Shown: positions 17,810 to 27,759, counted from the stretch's first letter. The stretch: 64,000 nt of DNA from an uncultured Alphaproteobacteria bacterium (GCA_902518895.1 CABYHL010000002.1:8680-72679); one strand, 5' to 3'. Numbers and translations are program-made. The notes: generated by a model from the sequence alone, not told the origin.

Positions 17810-18333
17810 TGCAGTACTTCATTTATATGTTTGTTAGGAGGAAAAATAGGGTAGAATACTTTTTTAACAATATTTTTTTCCACAATAAGAGTTAATCTTT
17901 TAAAATAAATTTTGTTTTCAATTTCAAAATGTGGCATTTTTAATGAATTGAGCAAAATATTTTCTGAATCACTTAAAACATCATAAGGAATTACTAATCT
18001 ATCTGTCATTTCCTTAATGTAATCTATTGTTTGAGTTGATATTCCTATAGGCAGCGCATTGAGTTTGATTAATTCTTCATAATTATCTCTAAAACTACAG
18101 GTCTCCACAGTACAGCCAATGGCGCCTGGAGTTTGATTCCAATTTTTAGGTAAACTTTCATTTGGATTACCTGTCATTGGATAAAAATATAAAATTAAAC
18201 GAAAAGTGTCAGATCTTTTTATTTTTAATAGATTTCCCTCTTGATTTTTAAGAGAAATATCCGGCAAAAACTTATTTAAAAGATGATCAGCTTTTCCATC
18301 ATTTTGCGGTTTAGGAAATTTGCTATAATCCAT
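17791..18333 (-). CDS. Bcp/AhpC-TSA-like peroxiredoxin
   Basis: 'GCTVETCSFRD' CxxxxC motif in a thioredoxin-fold context. The ATG at 18333 is preferred because the track start at 18390 overlaps the divergent ureohydrolase gene. Confidence 0.7.
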   Translation of the reverse strand: MDYSKFPKPQNDGKADHLLNKFLPDISLKNQEGNLLKIKRSDTFRLILYFYPMTGNPNESLPKNWNQTPGAIGCTVETCSFRDNYEELIKLNALPIGISTQTIDYIKEMTDRLVIPYDVLSDSENILLNSLKMPHFEIENKIYFKRLTLIVEKNIVKKVFYPIFPPNKHINEVLQWLKAN

Positions 18334-18381
18334 AGTAATTTGTCTTGTATATTCCAATTCTATATACCATAAGATAGTTTT

Positions 18382-19320
18382 ATGACTCAAATTAAACCTC
18401 TATCTAGTATGGAAACTCCTCGCTTTGCTGATGTTGCTACTTTTTTTCGTTTACCTGTTGTGAAAAATTTAAATAAATTAGACTACTGTGTTGCAGGGGT
18501 ACCATGGGATGGTGGCACTACTAATAGACCTGGAGCTAGACATGGTCCTAGAGAAATCAGAAATGCATCATCACTTGTAAGACTTTATCACCCAGTTTCA
18601 CTTAAGAGTCCTTATGATAAATTTAATATAGCAGATATTGGTGATTGTCCTGTGAACCCAGCAGATTTAGAAGATAGTTTAAATAAAATAGAAAAATTTT
18701 ACTCTAATATTTATAATTCCAAAACAATTCCATTATCAATTGGAGGTGATCATTTAATTAGTCTTCCAATTCTTAGAGGTATTGCGAAAGAAAAACCTTT
18801 AGGTTTATTTCAGTTTGATTCTCATTCTGATACTTGGGATACCTATTTTGGAGGATTTAAATATACGCATGGTACACCATTTAGAAGAGCTATAGAAGAA
18901 AATCTGATAGATCCAAAAAAATATGTAATCCTTGGTCTTCGTGGAGCCTTGTATGACCCTGAAGATTTGAGTTGGGCTAGAGAACAAGGTGTAACTTTAA
19001 TTACTATAGATGATTATTATGAAATGGGATTTAATAAATGTATTGAAAAAATTTATGAGGTTCTAGCTACAACAGATACTTATTTTACATTTGATATTGA
19101 CGGAATAGACCCAACTTTTGCACCAGGTACTGGGACTCCTGAAGTTGGGGGCTTTAATGTAAGAGAAGCACAAACTATTATAAGGGCACTAAAGAAAATT
19201 AATTTTGTAGGCGGTGATGTAGTAGAAGTTTCTCCTCCATTTGATGTTAATAATATGACTTCATTAGTTGGAGCAACAATTGCCTTTGAAATGCTTTGTA
19301 CTATGACAAAAGTAAATTAA
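18382..19320 (+). CDS. Agmatinase/guanidino-acid ureohydrolase (arginase family)
   Basis: 312 aa with Mn-ligand motifs 'GGDHLISLP', 'QFDSHSDT' and 'FDIDGIDPTFAPGTGTPEVGG'. Confidence 0.85.
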   Translation: MTQIKPLSSMETPRFADVATFFRLPVVKNLNKLDYCVAGVPWDGGTTNRPGARHGPREIRNASSLVRLYHPVSLKSPYDKFNIADIGDCPVNPADLEDSLNKIEKFYSNIYNSKTIPLSIGGDHLISLPILRGIAKEKPLGLFQFDSHSDTWDTYFGGFKYTHGTPFRRAIEENLIDPKKYVILGLRGALYDPEDLSWAREQGVTLITIDDYYEMGFNKCIEKIYEVLATTDTYFTFDIDGIDPTFAPGTGTPEVGGFNVREAQTIIRALKKINFVGGDVVEVSPPFDVNNMTSLVGATIAFEMLCTMTKVN

Positions 19321-19877
19321 AATTCTTCAAAATTAGAAGTTCCAACACATAATACATTTTTCAAATTTAGATATTTATCAATATTATCTTTATTGACTCC
19401 ACCTGTTGGTATGAATTTTATATTCCTTAAAATATTTTTAATAGATTGTAATTTTTTATCCTCTCCATTTAAATTAGCTGGGAAAAATTTAATTATTTCA
19501 TAACCTTTTTTACTAAGATGTATGAATTCACTAACCGTCTCAGCACCTGGAATGTAGGATGGATTTTTCATTTCTAATATTTCTTCAATGATACCAGGGG
19601 AAACATAAAAATTAAAATTATGATCTTGACCTCTAATTACGTCTTCTTTTGTTAAAACAGAACCTAGTCCGAATTTACAATCTGAAAAATATTTTTTTAA
19701 TTCTACAGCAATAGAAAAAGATTCTTTTTCTCTTAATGTTATCTCTATATATTCAATTGATTTATTTTGATTTAAATATTTTTTTAATCTTGCAATATCA
19801 CTTTCAAGATTTGTTGTATTAAAAATTGGTAATAATTGTTGTTTATGGAGATCAGATTTTAATTGATTATTTAACAT
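19317..19877 (-). CDS. eda: KDPG/KHG aldolase
   Basis: 186 aa with 'IEITLR', 'IKFFPA' and 'FIPTGGV' motifs. Last gene of the fucoside operon. Confidence 0.75.
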   Translation of the reverse strand: MLNNQLKSDLHKQQLLPIFNTTNLESDIARLKKYLNQNKSIEYIEITLREKESFSIAVELKKYFSDCKFGLGSVLTKEDVIRGQDHNFNFYVSPGIIEEILEMKNPSYIPGAETVSEFIHLSKKGYEIIKFFPANLNGEDKKLQSIKNILRNIKFIPTGGVNKDNIDKYLNLKNVLCVGTSNFEEF

Positions 19878-20763
19878 CTACAATAGCGCCTTTTTTCATT
19901 ACTATTTTAGAACCTAAAGTGCTGCCAGCTTTTAATGCTAAAACTGGATCATTATTTACAATAAAATTAGATAAATAAGCAGCATTAAATCCATCGCCAG
20001 CACCTGAAGTATCAACTACCTTTTTAAGTAATTTATTCTTAAAAACATACTTATTTTTATTAAGAAATACATAGGTAAATTTGGCATTTTTTCTGAATAT
20101 ACTGTGTTTAATTTTGTATTTCTTTACTATTTGCTCATAAGACTTGATACCATTTTTGTTTTTCCAATAACTCATATCTTCACCAGATATAAAACATATG
20201 TCTACAAATTTAAGTACTGAATCAAAAAAATTATTTAAATTTTTTTTATTCCATCGAGTTGGGCGTATATTAAAATCAAAAACAATTTTTATTTTTTTGC
20301 TTTTTAATAGCTTTAATAATTTTATAAAATTATTTAGTTTTGATACATGTATTATTGAGAGAGTTATGCCAGAAAAATAAATGTAATCAAAATTTTTAAG
20401 CTCTTTATATAAATTTATGAAATCAATATTATTGAAGTATTGTTTTGCTGCACTTTCATCTCTCCAATAAAAAAATTGCTTTTCACCATTGTCTTTGTTT
20501 TTTATTAAATATAATCCTATTTCAAATTGATTTATTTGTTTTATATATTTTGTTGAAATATTTTTAGATTTGATAAAATCTAATAGTGATTGATTGATTT
20601 CAGATTTTCCAATAGCACTTAAAAAAAAAGCGTTTAACTTTTTCTTATCAAGATAGTTACAAAAATTAAGTGTGTCTCCAGCAAATGACTGATTGTACAA
20701 ATTATTTTTAACATTTGAAATCTCAATCATTGCTTCACCGATTGAGCATACATTTATTTTCAT
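19867..20763 (-). CDS. kdgK: 2-keto-3-deoxygluconate kinase-like pfkB sugar kinase
   Basis: 298 aa, pfkB family, C-terminal 'DTSGAGDGFNAAYL'. Adjacent to eda. Confidence 0.7.
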   Translation of the reverse strand: MKINVCSIGEAMIEISNVKNNLYNQSFAGDTLNFCNYLDKKKLNAFFLSAIGKSEINQSLLDFIKSKNISTKYIKQINQFEIGLYLIKNKDNGEKQFFYWRDESAAKQYFNNIDFINLYKELKNFDYIYFSGITLSIIHVSKLNNFIKLLKLLKSKKIKIVFDFNIRPTRWNKKNLNNFFDSVLKFVDICFISGEDMSYWKNKNGIKSYEQIVKKYKIKHSIFRKNAKFTYVFLNKNKYVFKNKLLKKVVDTSGAGDGFNAAYLSNFIVNNDPVLALKAGSTLGSKIVMKKGAIVDVK

Positions 20764-20772
20764 GTTTTAATA

Positions 20773-21096
20773 TCAATCGTGGTGAAAAACCTCTTCCATT
20801 ATTGACCACCATTCACCTTTTTTCCTATTTGGGTCTGGAACTTGACATGGTCCACATAAGCTCCACCATTCTTGCACCTTAGGATTTGCTGCCATTAATT
20901 TATTATCTCTTTCAAGATCGTCCCCATGATATTCCATGTATCCAAATAGTGTGTTTTTATGTAAATAGATAGAAAAGTTTTTAAAATTTAGTTCTGTCAA
21001 ATTATCTAAAATCTCAGGCCATACATTTGCATGCAATTTTTTGTATTCATCAATTTTATCTTCTCTAACTCCAAGAGTCATACCTAATCGTGTCAT
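20773..21096 (-). CDS. L-rhamnose mutarotase family protein (likely 6-deoxyhexose mutarotase)
   Basis: 107 aa with 'YKKLHANVWPEILDNL' and 'YLHKNTLFGYMEY' typical of RhaM/YiiL. It abuts the fucosidase stop. Confidence 0.8.
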   Translation of the reverse strand: MTRLGMTLGVREDKIDEYKKLHANVWPEILDNLTELNFKNFSIYLHKNTLFGYMEYHGDDLERDNKLMAANPKVQEWWSLCGPCQVPDPNRKKGEWWSIMEEVFHHD

Positions 21097-22560
21097 TTAA
21101 AGATTTTCCTTTCTATTAATTTTAAAACTAACTGCATGATCACATGGTTTGTTGTCTGGTCTAGTAATATGAAGACCATCTTTTGTTTGTTTCCATTCAA
21201 CTTTTTCATTACTACCAAGAAGTTCAACTGACTCAACCTCATTATCAAAGAGTTTATCCATACTTTCTATGGTAAAATCTTTACCTGGCCAACCTAGTGC
21301 AGTCGCATAAAGTGAATTTCCTTTGGTTGTAAAACGAAAATCTTGAGCTGTATACTTAAGTTTTGCACGATTATCAGAAAATGGACCAGCTTCAGTCATT
21401 TCTGTTGGCCCTTCTCCATATTTATCCCAAGTTTCAGTATCAAAAATTGCTTCTCCACTTACTTCAAGCCACTTACCGATACCTTCTAAAAGGCTTTTGT
21501 CTTCATCTGGAATTGTTCCATCAGGTTTTGGTCCTATATTTAAGAGTATGTAACCATTTTTACTTACATTATCTATTAAGTAATGAACTAAATCAGTTGT
21601 TGATTTGTATTCTGAATCTTTCATGTATGCCCATGCACTTCCATCGTGAACTGTAGTATCTGTTATCCAATCATAATGTGTTAATTCTGATTCTCTTCCC
21701 AATTCAAGATCCAATAACCCAGAACCAGGAGGTAAATCATGCCATTTATAAGATACAACAACCTCACTACCCCATTCTTTCTCTTTGTTATAGTAGTATG
21801 AAAGAAAATCTTTTTTATATTTCTCATGAATATATCTAATACCAAAATCAAACCAAACATAATCTGGTCGGTAATTATCTACTACTTCTTTTAGTCTATT
21901 TAACCAACGATCATGAAAGGCTTTACTAGGTTTATCTTGATATTCTGTCTTTCTACCCCAATGATCTGGATATATTGCTTGGTTATCACTATTATCTAAA
22001 TTGTGAAGTTCACCGTATAAGCCTTCAAATTCTTTTTTTGAAGTATCGAAGTCTTTATTCCAATGAGGAAAAAAATACCAATTTTCAGCATGGTGCATTG
22101 CTACCATATATTTCATACCTTTATTTCTAATTGCTTTTTCTAATTCTCCAACAACATCTCTTTTTGGTCCCATTTTGGAAGCGCACCATTCAGTATCGGA
22201 GCAGTCCCACATTGGAAATCCATCATGATGTTCGGCAACAGGACCTGCAAATTTTGCACCTGAGCGTGAATATAAATCAGCCCATTCTTCTGCATCAAAC
22301 TTTTCAGCAGTAAACATTGGAATGAAATCTTTGTACCCAAATTTTGAAGGATGGCCAAAATGTTTAACATGATGATCAAATTGTGGACTCGGTTCTCTAT
22401 ACATCCAATAAGGATACCAAGTAACATTTGGTCCAGCCGCAGGAACTGAGTAAGGTCCCCAATGGGCATAAATTCCATATTTAGCTTTTTTAAACCAACT
22501 AGGAGTTGTATGTTGTTTTATAGACTCCCATGTAGATTGATATTGCATTCCTATACTCAT
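21097..22560 (-). CDS. Alpha-L-fucosidase (GH29), cytoplasmic
   Basis: 487 aa with 'AKYGIYAHWGPYSVPA', 'GAKFAGPVAEHHDGFPMWD' and 'DYVWFD' motifs typical of GH29. No signal peptide. Confidence 0.85.
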   Translation of the reverse strand: MSIGMQYQSTWESIKQHTTPSWFKKAKYGIYAHWGPYSVPAAGPNVTWYPYWMYREPSPQFDHHVKHFGHPSKFGYKDFIPMFTAEKFDAEEWADLYSRSGAKFAGPVAEHHDGFPMWDCSDTEWCASKMGPKRDVVGELEKAIRNKGMKYMVAMHHAENWYFFPHWNKDFDTSKKEFEGLYGELHNLDNSDNQAIYPDHWGRKTEYQDKPSKAFHDRWLNRLKEVVDNYRPDYVWFDFGIRYIHEKYKKDFLSYYYNKEKEWGSEVVVSYKWHDLPPGSGLLDLELGRESELTHYDWITDTTVHDGSAWAYMKDSEYKSTTDLVHYLIDNVSKNGYILLNIGPKPDGTIPDEDKSLLEGIGKWLEVSGEAIFDTETWDKYGEGPTEMTEAGPFSDNRAKLKYTAQDFRFTTKGNSLYATALGWPGKDFTIESMDKLFDNEVESVELLGSNEKVEWKQTKDGLHITRPDNKPCDHAVSFKINRKENL

Positions 22561-22569
22561 ATTATTCTC

Positions 22570-23403
22570 CTATCTTTTTAAAGCACCATCAACAAGCCCA
22601 CTTTGAATTTGATTTCTAAATATTAGGAATACTATCATTGGTGGCATTGTGGCTAACATTAAAGCTGCAGTTTTTAAAGTTGTAGCTCCACTATATTTTC
22701 CTTGGAAAGACATCATTCCAAGAGTTACTGTTCTGAGATCGTGATCATTTAAATAAATTAAAGGCCACATAAAATCATTAAATATCCAAACAAAGTAAAT
22801 TATTGCAACTGTAACAACAGCAGGTTTAGCTAATGGCATCATGATTTGAAAAAATATTACTAAGTCAGATGCTCCATCAATTTTTGCAGCTTCAATTAAA
22901 TCTTTTGGTATTCCAAGAAAATAAGCTCTGAAAAAAAATATAGCAAAAGGAACCCAGGCTAAGTAAGTAAATATTACTGCAAAATATGTATTAACCAAAC
23001 CAATTGTATTCATTATTTTAAAAGCAGGAATTAATATTACTTGTGGCGGTATCATCATTCCTAGAAGGAAATAAAAGAAAATTAACATTCTTCCTCTAAA
23101 TTCAAAATGTGCTAACCCGTATCCAGCAGCACCACAAAATGTAACAATTCCTAAAACTGAAAATGAAGTTATACCAATAGAATTTATATATAGTCTTAAA
23201 AAGTTGCCAGTACCCCATGCTTCAATAATATTTTCAAAAACAAACTTTGTAGGTATTCCAAAAGGGTTATTCGTATAATCTTCCATTGACTTCAATGAGG
23301 TAAAAACCATCCACATAAATGGGAATACTATTGTTATTGCAAATGTTAAAAGTAATGCGTAACATAATACTCTAGCCCAAATTGGAATTTCATTGATACT
23401 CAT
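22570..23403 (-). CDS. Carbohydrate ABC transporter permease (CUT1, MalG-like)
   Basis: 277 aa, 6 TM, EAA loop '[23 protein letters not shown]'. Confidence 0.85.
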   Translation of the reverse strand: MSINEIPIWARVLCYALLLTFAITIVFPFMWMVFTSLKSMEDYTNNPFGIPTKFVFENIIEAWGTGNFLRLYINSIGITSFSVLGIVTFCGAAGYGLAHFEFRGRMLIFFYFLLGMMIPPQVILIPAFKIMNTIGLVNTYFAVIFTYLAWVPFAIFFFRAYFLGIPKDLIEAAKIDGASDLVIFFQIMMPLAKPAVVTVAIIYFVWIFNDFMWPLIYLNDHDLRTVTLGMMSFQGKYSGATTLKTAALMLATMPPMIVFLIFRNQIQSGLVDGALKR

Positions 23404-24284
23404 TTTTCAATCAGTCTTGCAATAATTAATTGAATTGCAGTTACAATAATTACTATGAAAAACAAAAGAACAGCAATAGCAGTACCATAACTGATCTGCC
23501 CTCTTGAAAATCCATGATAATACATATACGTGGCTAAAACTTCTGAAGCATGATACGGACCACCTAAGGTCATTGCATATACTAAATCAAATAATAAAAA
23601 TGCATTTGTTACAGCAAGTATAATTACTACTAATGAAATATTTCTAATTAATGGAATAGTTACAAAACGAATAGTGGCAAAAACAGATGCACCATCAATT
23701 TTAGCTGCTTCAATTAAATCTTTTGGAACTGCTTGTAAGCCTGCTCCAAATAATAAAATAGAAAATCCTAAATCTCTCCAGATATAAACGGTCATCACTG
23801 AATACGTTGCTGTTTCTTTACTTCCTAACCACTGTACATTTTTAAAACTTTCTAAATTTAAAATATCTGCAAATTCGTTAATAATTCCAGTTGTTGGGCT
23901 TAAAAACAATTTAAATAGAAGGCCTATAACTACACTTGAAATTACAATGGGTACAAAGAAAGTAGTTTGAAACAATCTCCATCCAAAAGGTTTTAAATTT
24001 AAAATTAAAGCTATAGCTAAAGCAGTAAAAAATATAATAGCTACAGCACAAAACACAAAAAGCAGATTATTCTGAAGAGCAGTATAAAAAAACCTATCAT
24101 TAAATAATTTAAAATAGTTTGCGAAACCTGCCCACTTAATGTGAGCCCATGAAATACCATTCCAGCGAGTAAAACTAATCCATATAGCCACCAATGTTGG
24201 AATGATCCAAAACATCGTATAGAAGAAAAATGCTGGCCCAATAAAAATTAAATGAGCATATCTATTTGTTCTTTTATTTTTCAT
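23400..24284 (-). CDS. Carbohydrate ABC transporter permease (CUT1, MalF-like)
   Basis: 294 aa, 6 TM, EAA loop '[23 protein letters not shown]'. Confidence 0.85.
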   Translation of the reverse strand: MKNKRTNRYAHLIFIGPAFFFYTMFWIIPTLVAIWISFTRWNGISWAHIKWAGFANYFKLFNDRFFYTALQNNLLFVFCAVAIIFFTALAIALILNLKPFGWRLFQTTFFVPIVISSVVIGLLFKLFLSPTTGIINEFADILNLESFKNVQWLGSKETATYSVMTVYIWRDLGFSILLFGAGLQAVPKDLIEAAKIDGASVFATIRFVTIPLIRNISLVVIILAVTNAFLLFDLVYAMTLGGPYHASEVLATYMYYHGFSRGQISYGTAIAVLLFFIVIIVTAIQLIIARLIEK

Positions 24285-24292
24285 ATTTTATC

Positions 24293-24319
24293 TTGAAAGG
24301 ACGTAAAACGTCCTTTCAA
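24293..24319 (-). promoter_or_regulatory. Intercistronic stem-loop between SBP and first permease gene
   Basis: Perfect 11-bp inverted repeat TTGAAAGGACG / CGTCCTTTCAA with a 5-nt loop, between the SBP stop (24337) and the permease ATG (24284). No U-tract. Confidence 0.7.
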
Positions 24320-24336
24320 TTATATACTATTTATTT

Positions 24337-25635
24337 TTAGTACTTAGTTTCTATCAAGTCTATTACACATTGCTCATGATCATCACCAGCTTGTTGAGGT
24401 GTGAGATCACCCGTCAATATACCCTGACTTGCATCCCAAGTATGTGGAACATTACATGCGTAATCTTCTAACATGTCAAGGAATGGGGCTGAGCTTGTAG
24501 ATGAAGCTATAATTGCGCTAATATCTTGAATAATTGGATCATAATCCCAAGATGAAGTATCATGCGTGTATGGAGCTAAAGCTTGAGTCATTTCAGACCA
24601 AACCTTAACTGCAGCGGCACTTGTATAATAATCTAGGAATTTTTTTGCAGCATCAACTGTTCCGTTTGCAACTGCACCTCTAGTAATTGTAAGCACAACA
24701 CTATTGATAACAAGTTCTGTATTAGCACCTGGAGCACCTTCTACAGCAGGAAAAGCCATAACTCCTATTGGAGCATCTGGAGCTTGATCTTTTATCATTC
24801 CTGCTACCCACGATCCGTTAGAGAATATTGGAGCTTTACCTGTAAATAGCAAGCCTGCAGCAGTTGGAAAGTCATCAGCTAAATAGCCTGAAGTAAAATA
24901 TCCTTTGTCTAATAAACTTCTATAAAGTTCCCAAGCTTTAACAGCAGCTGGATCGTTAAATTTCGTTCCTGCTTCTAAAGTAGGGTTATAGGTTCTTAAA
25001 CCAATATTTATGTAATCTTCAGTGCTTAACATTCTTCTTAGTAAGTGATTGTTATAGTGATTACCTGGCCAACCTTCAGAGTTTCCAAAAGCAATAGGAG
25101 TAATTCCAGCATCTAGAAACTTTTGAGCAACACCAGTGAAGCCACTCCAAGTTTCCATTTCTTTAGGATCAATACCCATTTCTTCGAACATATCTTTTCT
25201 GTACCAAATCAAATTTCCAATATGTAAACCTTGCGGTACTCCCCAAAGTTTTCCATCAAATGTATAAACAGATTCAACACCTGGAGCGATTCTATCTGAA
25301 ATTGAATTTACAAAATCAGTAATATCAACCAATCCACCAACTTCAGCATATTGATACATATTTGAACCACCATTGATTGTAACGATATCTGCAGGTGTTC
25401 CTCCAGAAAAAGCTGTTTTCAATGTAGTTTCATAAGGTGTATTTTCATATGCTGTGTGCTCTACTTCGATTTCATCTTGACTTGCATTAAAGTCAGCAAC
25501 AATTTTGTTTAAAGCAGAGAAAGCAGGATCAGCTGCAGATTCACTCCATAGCGATACTTTAGTCTTAGCATTTGCGTGAGCAGAGAAAAAAACTGCAACG
25601 CAGATTGTTAAGAAAAAATTAATTATATTTTTCAT
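24337..25635 (-). CDS. Carbohydrate ABC transporter substrate-binding protein (CUT1)
   Basis: 432 aa with a signal peptide ('FFSAHANA'). The ATG is preceded by AGGAGG. First gene of the fucoside operon. Confidence 0.85.
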   Translation of the reverse strand: MKNIINFFLTICVAVFFSAHANAKTKVSLWSESAADPAFSALNKIVADFNASQDEIEVEHTAYENTPYETTLKTAFSGGTPADIVTINGGSNMYQYAEVGGLVDITDFVNSISDRIAPGVESVYTFDGKLWGVPQGLHIGNLIWYRKDMFEEMGIDPKEMETWSGFTGVAQKFLDAGITPIAFGNSEGWPGNHYNNHLLRRMLSTEDYINIGLRTYNPTLEAGTKFNDPAAVKAWELYRSLLDKGYFTSGYLADDFPTAAGLLFTGKAPIFSNGSWVAGMIKDQAPDAPIGVMAFPAVEGAPGANTELVINSVVLTITRGAVANGTVDAAKKFLDYYTSAAAVKVWSEMTQALAPYTHDTSSWDYDPIIQDISAIIASSTSSAPFLDMLEDYACNVPHTWDASQGILTGDLTPQQAGDDHEQCVIDLIETKY

Positions 25636-25676
25636 TTATCCTCCTCATTCGTAATTAAAGTATAAAAAAAATGTAT

Positions 25677-25690
25677 ACTAGTATACTAGT
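25677..25690. promoter_or_regulatory. Perfect 14-bp palindrome ACTAGTATACTAGT: candidate GntR/FadR-type operator
   Basis: Read directly. The 17-mer ATACTAGTATACTAGTT is identical to the site at 27684..27700. It lies 42 bp upstream of the SBP ATG and 58 bp upstream of the divergent 87-aa ORF. Confidence 0.7.
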
Positions 25691-25747
25691 TAAATCAAAG
25701 ACTATTGATTTATTTTTATGAAATATTAGGATAATTTAAAAATTATT

Positions 25748-26011
25748 ATGAAAAAACAAGATATTTTAATACTATATTTATCAAATTCTAGCTTAGAATC
25801 TAACGTAATTGGGTGGGCAAGACATTATGGCGATAAAAAAAAAATTGGAATGCCAGGTGACAATGATAGCCCACCTTATGAAAAGGGTATTGAAGCAATA
25901 CATGATGGATGGAGATTATTTCAAAGTAGTCAACTGGAACAACATCCAAAAGGTGATGAATATAGAACAGGATATTTAAAATATGAATTTTTTTTTGAGA
26001 AAATAAAATGA
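25748..26011 (+). CDS. Hypothetical 87-aa protein
   Basis: ORF with an ATGA overlap onto the PhyH gene, which implies translational coupling. No family recognised. Confidence 0.45.
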   Translation: MKKQDILILYLSNSSLESNVIGWARHYGDKKKIGMPGDNDSPPYEKGIEAIHDGWRLFQSSQLEQHPKGDEYRTGYLKYEFFFEKIK

Positions 26012-26964
26012 AAAAAAGAAAAAAAAATAATTTTTTATTATCGGATAATCAAATGGCAGAATTCGTTTCTAAGGGATATTTAATTTTTGAAAATATTATT
26101 GATAATAAAACTAATAAAAAATTTTTAAGTGAAATTGGTCATACTTCAACTTCTTTGAACAAAAAAAATACTGATCAAGCTTGGTTAGCAGAACATTATA
26201 ATGAAATTATGAAAACCAGTAAAATACCATTGGTTAAAGCTGGAACACCATTAAAGAAAGCTTATAAAAAAAACTCTGCATTAAATGATGTTATTAATAA
26301 TCCAGTTTTATCAGGAGCAATTAAAAGTTTGGTGGGAGATAGACCAAAGTTAGACCATCATTTTCTACACATAACTTTTCCATCTAAATATTATCATGAT
26401 GCAAATCAAAAAATATCTCAGGGCAATCATAATGATTGCGTAATAGATCCAAGAGAAAAAACTTTTGATATACAATTATTTTATTTCCCAACTGCAGTTG
26501 AAAAAAATATGGGAGGAACAAGATATATTCCTGGTTCTCATTTTAGAATGGTGAATGAGTTTGCTATAGCAAGATATCATAATATTAGAGGGCAAAAGCA
26601 TGTAGTTTGTCCTGCCGGGACCATTATTATTTTTCATCACAATATATGGCATGGCGCCGGAATTAATAATTCTAAAAAAATAAGATATGGTTTTAAAATT
26701 CGATTAATGCCAACACAAAAACAAGTTAAATTATGGACTAACAAAACATATAAAAACAATCATGATGAAGAAGCTCTTTATTGGAATAGAGGTATCGAAA
26801 AAAATAGTATCAAAGAAATTCTTCAAAAAACTGAACCGTGGTTTGAAGCAGATAGTGGAAGATTAGATATTTTAAACAGGATAAGATTATGGCGTCATAT
26901 TACAAATGACAAAAATTTTGATGCTGCATACTGGCTTACGAGAATTGAAAACGATTATAATTAA
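26008..26964 (+). CDS. Phytanoyl-CoA dioxygenase (PhyH) family Fe(II)/2-oxoglutarate oxygenase
   Basis: 318 aa with an HxD facial-triad candidate 'GNHNDCVID' and distal His 'IFHHNIWHGAGIN'. Confidence 0.7.
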   Translation: MKKRKKNNFLLSDNQMAEFVSKGYLIFENIIDNKTNKKFLSEIGHTSTSLNKKNTDQAWLAEHYNEIMKTSKIPLVKAGTPLKKAYKKNSALNDVINNPVLSGAIKSLVGDRPKLDHHFLHITFPSKYYHDANQKISQGNHNDCVIDPREKTFDIQLFYFPTAVEKNMGGTRYIPGSHFRMVNEFAIARYHNIRGQKHVVCPAGTIIIFHHNIWHGAGINNSKKIRYGFKIRLMPTQKQVKLWTNKTYKNNHDEEALYWNRGIEKNSIKEILQKTEPWFEADSGRLDILNRIRLWRHITNDKNFDAAYWLTRIENDYN

Positions 26965-26969
26965 TAATA

Positions 26970-27671
26970 TTAATTTATAATATCTTTATACTTTTTAGTT
27001 TTTTTTATAAAATCTGTATATCGTTCTAAAGAAGAAATGTGTTTTTTCATTGATTGAACTACTTTTAGCATATTTTTAGAAGTTAGATGTTTGACTATTT
27101 CTTGATGATCTTTTATCGCTTGTAAAGGCCCAAATGTATTATCGTCCTCATGTAAATATGAAATATTTCTTACTCTATCAATTTGAGTATTGATCTGAGA
27201 AATAATTTGCCATGAAATAGGCATTTTTGCTTGTATTGCTAAGGTTTGATGAAACATATTATCAAAATAAAATACTTTTCTAAAATTTTTTTTCTTAAGA
27301 TTATCTAAAATATTTAGATTAATTTGCTTTAGTTTTTTTAGTTGAGTTGAGTTAATATTATGAGATAGTTGTTCAACAACATTTGTCTCTAAAACTGATC
27401 TTATTTTATTTGCTTCACTAATTTGATTAGTATTAATTTTAGAAACTATGGATTTAACCTGAGGAATAGTATTAATTAATCCTTCATTTTCTAATTTTTT
27501 TAACGCATCTCTAATTGGAGTTCTACTAACATTAATGATTTTTGAGAGTTCACCTTCTGAAATTTCAGTAAGTGGATATAACTCGGTTGAAATTATTTTT
27601 TCTCTTAAACTTAAATAGATTTGTTCTCCAAGAGATTTTTTTCTATCAAGATGTATTTTAATTTTTACCAT
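26970..27671 (-). CDS. GntR-family transcriptional regulator (FadR/FCD subfamily)
   Basis: 233 aa with N-terminal wHTH 'LSEGELSKIINVSRTPIRDALKKLENEGLI' and a helical C-terminal FCD-like domain. Confidence 0.85.
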   Translation of the reverse strand: MVKIKIHLDRKKSLGEQIYLSLREKIISTELYPLTEISEGELSKIINVSRTPIRDALKKLENEGLINTIPQVKSIVSKINTNQISEANKIRSVLETNVVEQLSHNINSTQLKKLKQINLNILDNLKKKNFRKVFYFDNMFHQTLAIQAKMPISWQIISQINTQIDRVRNISYLHEDDNTFGPLQAIKDHQEIVKHLTSKNMLKVVQSMKKHISSLERYTDFIKKTKKYKDIIN

Positions 27672-27685
27672 CTAATTTTAAAAAT

Positions 27686-27699
27686 ACTAGTATACTAGT
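27686..27699. promoter_or_regulatory. Perfect 14-bp palindrome ACTAGTATACTAGT: candidate GntR operator (autoregulatory/divergent)
   Basis: Identical to 25677..25690. It lies 15 bp upstream of the GntR ATG and 61 bp upstream of the divergent hydroxylase gene. Confidence 0.7.
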
Positions 27700-27759
27700 T
27701 TTTGAAAAGGAATTATTTTATTTTGGTATGTTTCATTTTTTTATGTATAATTAATTTAA

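Noticed and set aside
22140-22478. A 112-aa same-strand alternative-frame ORF inside the GH29 fucosidase gene.
   Set aside because: The fucosidase frame carries the GH29 motifs throughout. The alternative frame is low complexity and has no independent start context.
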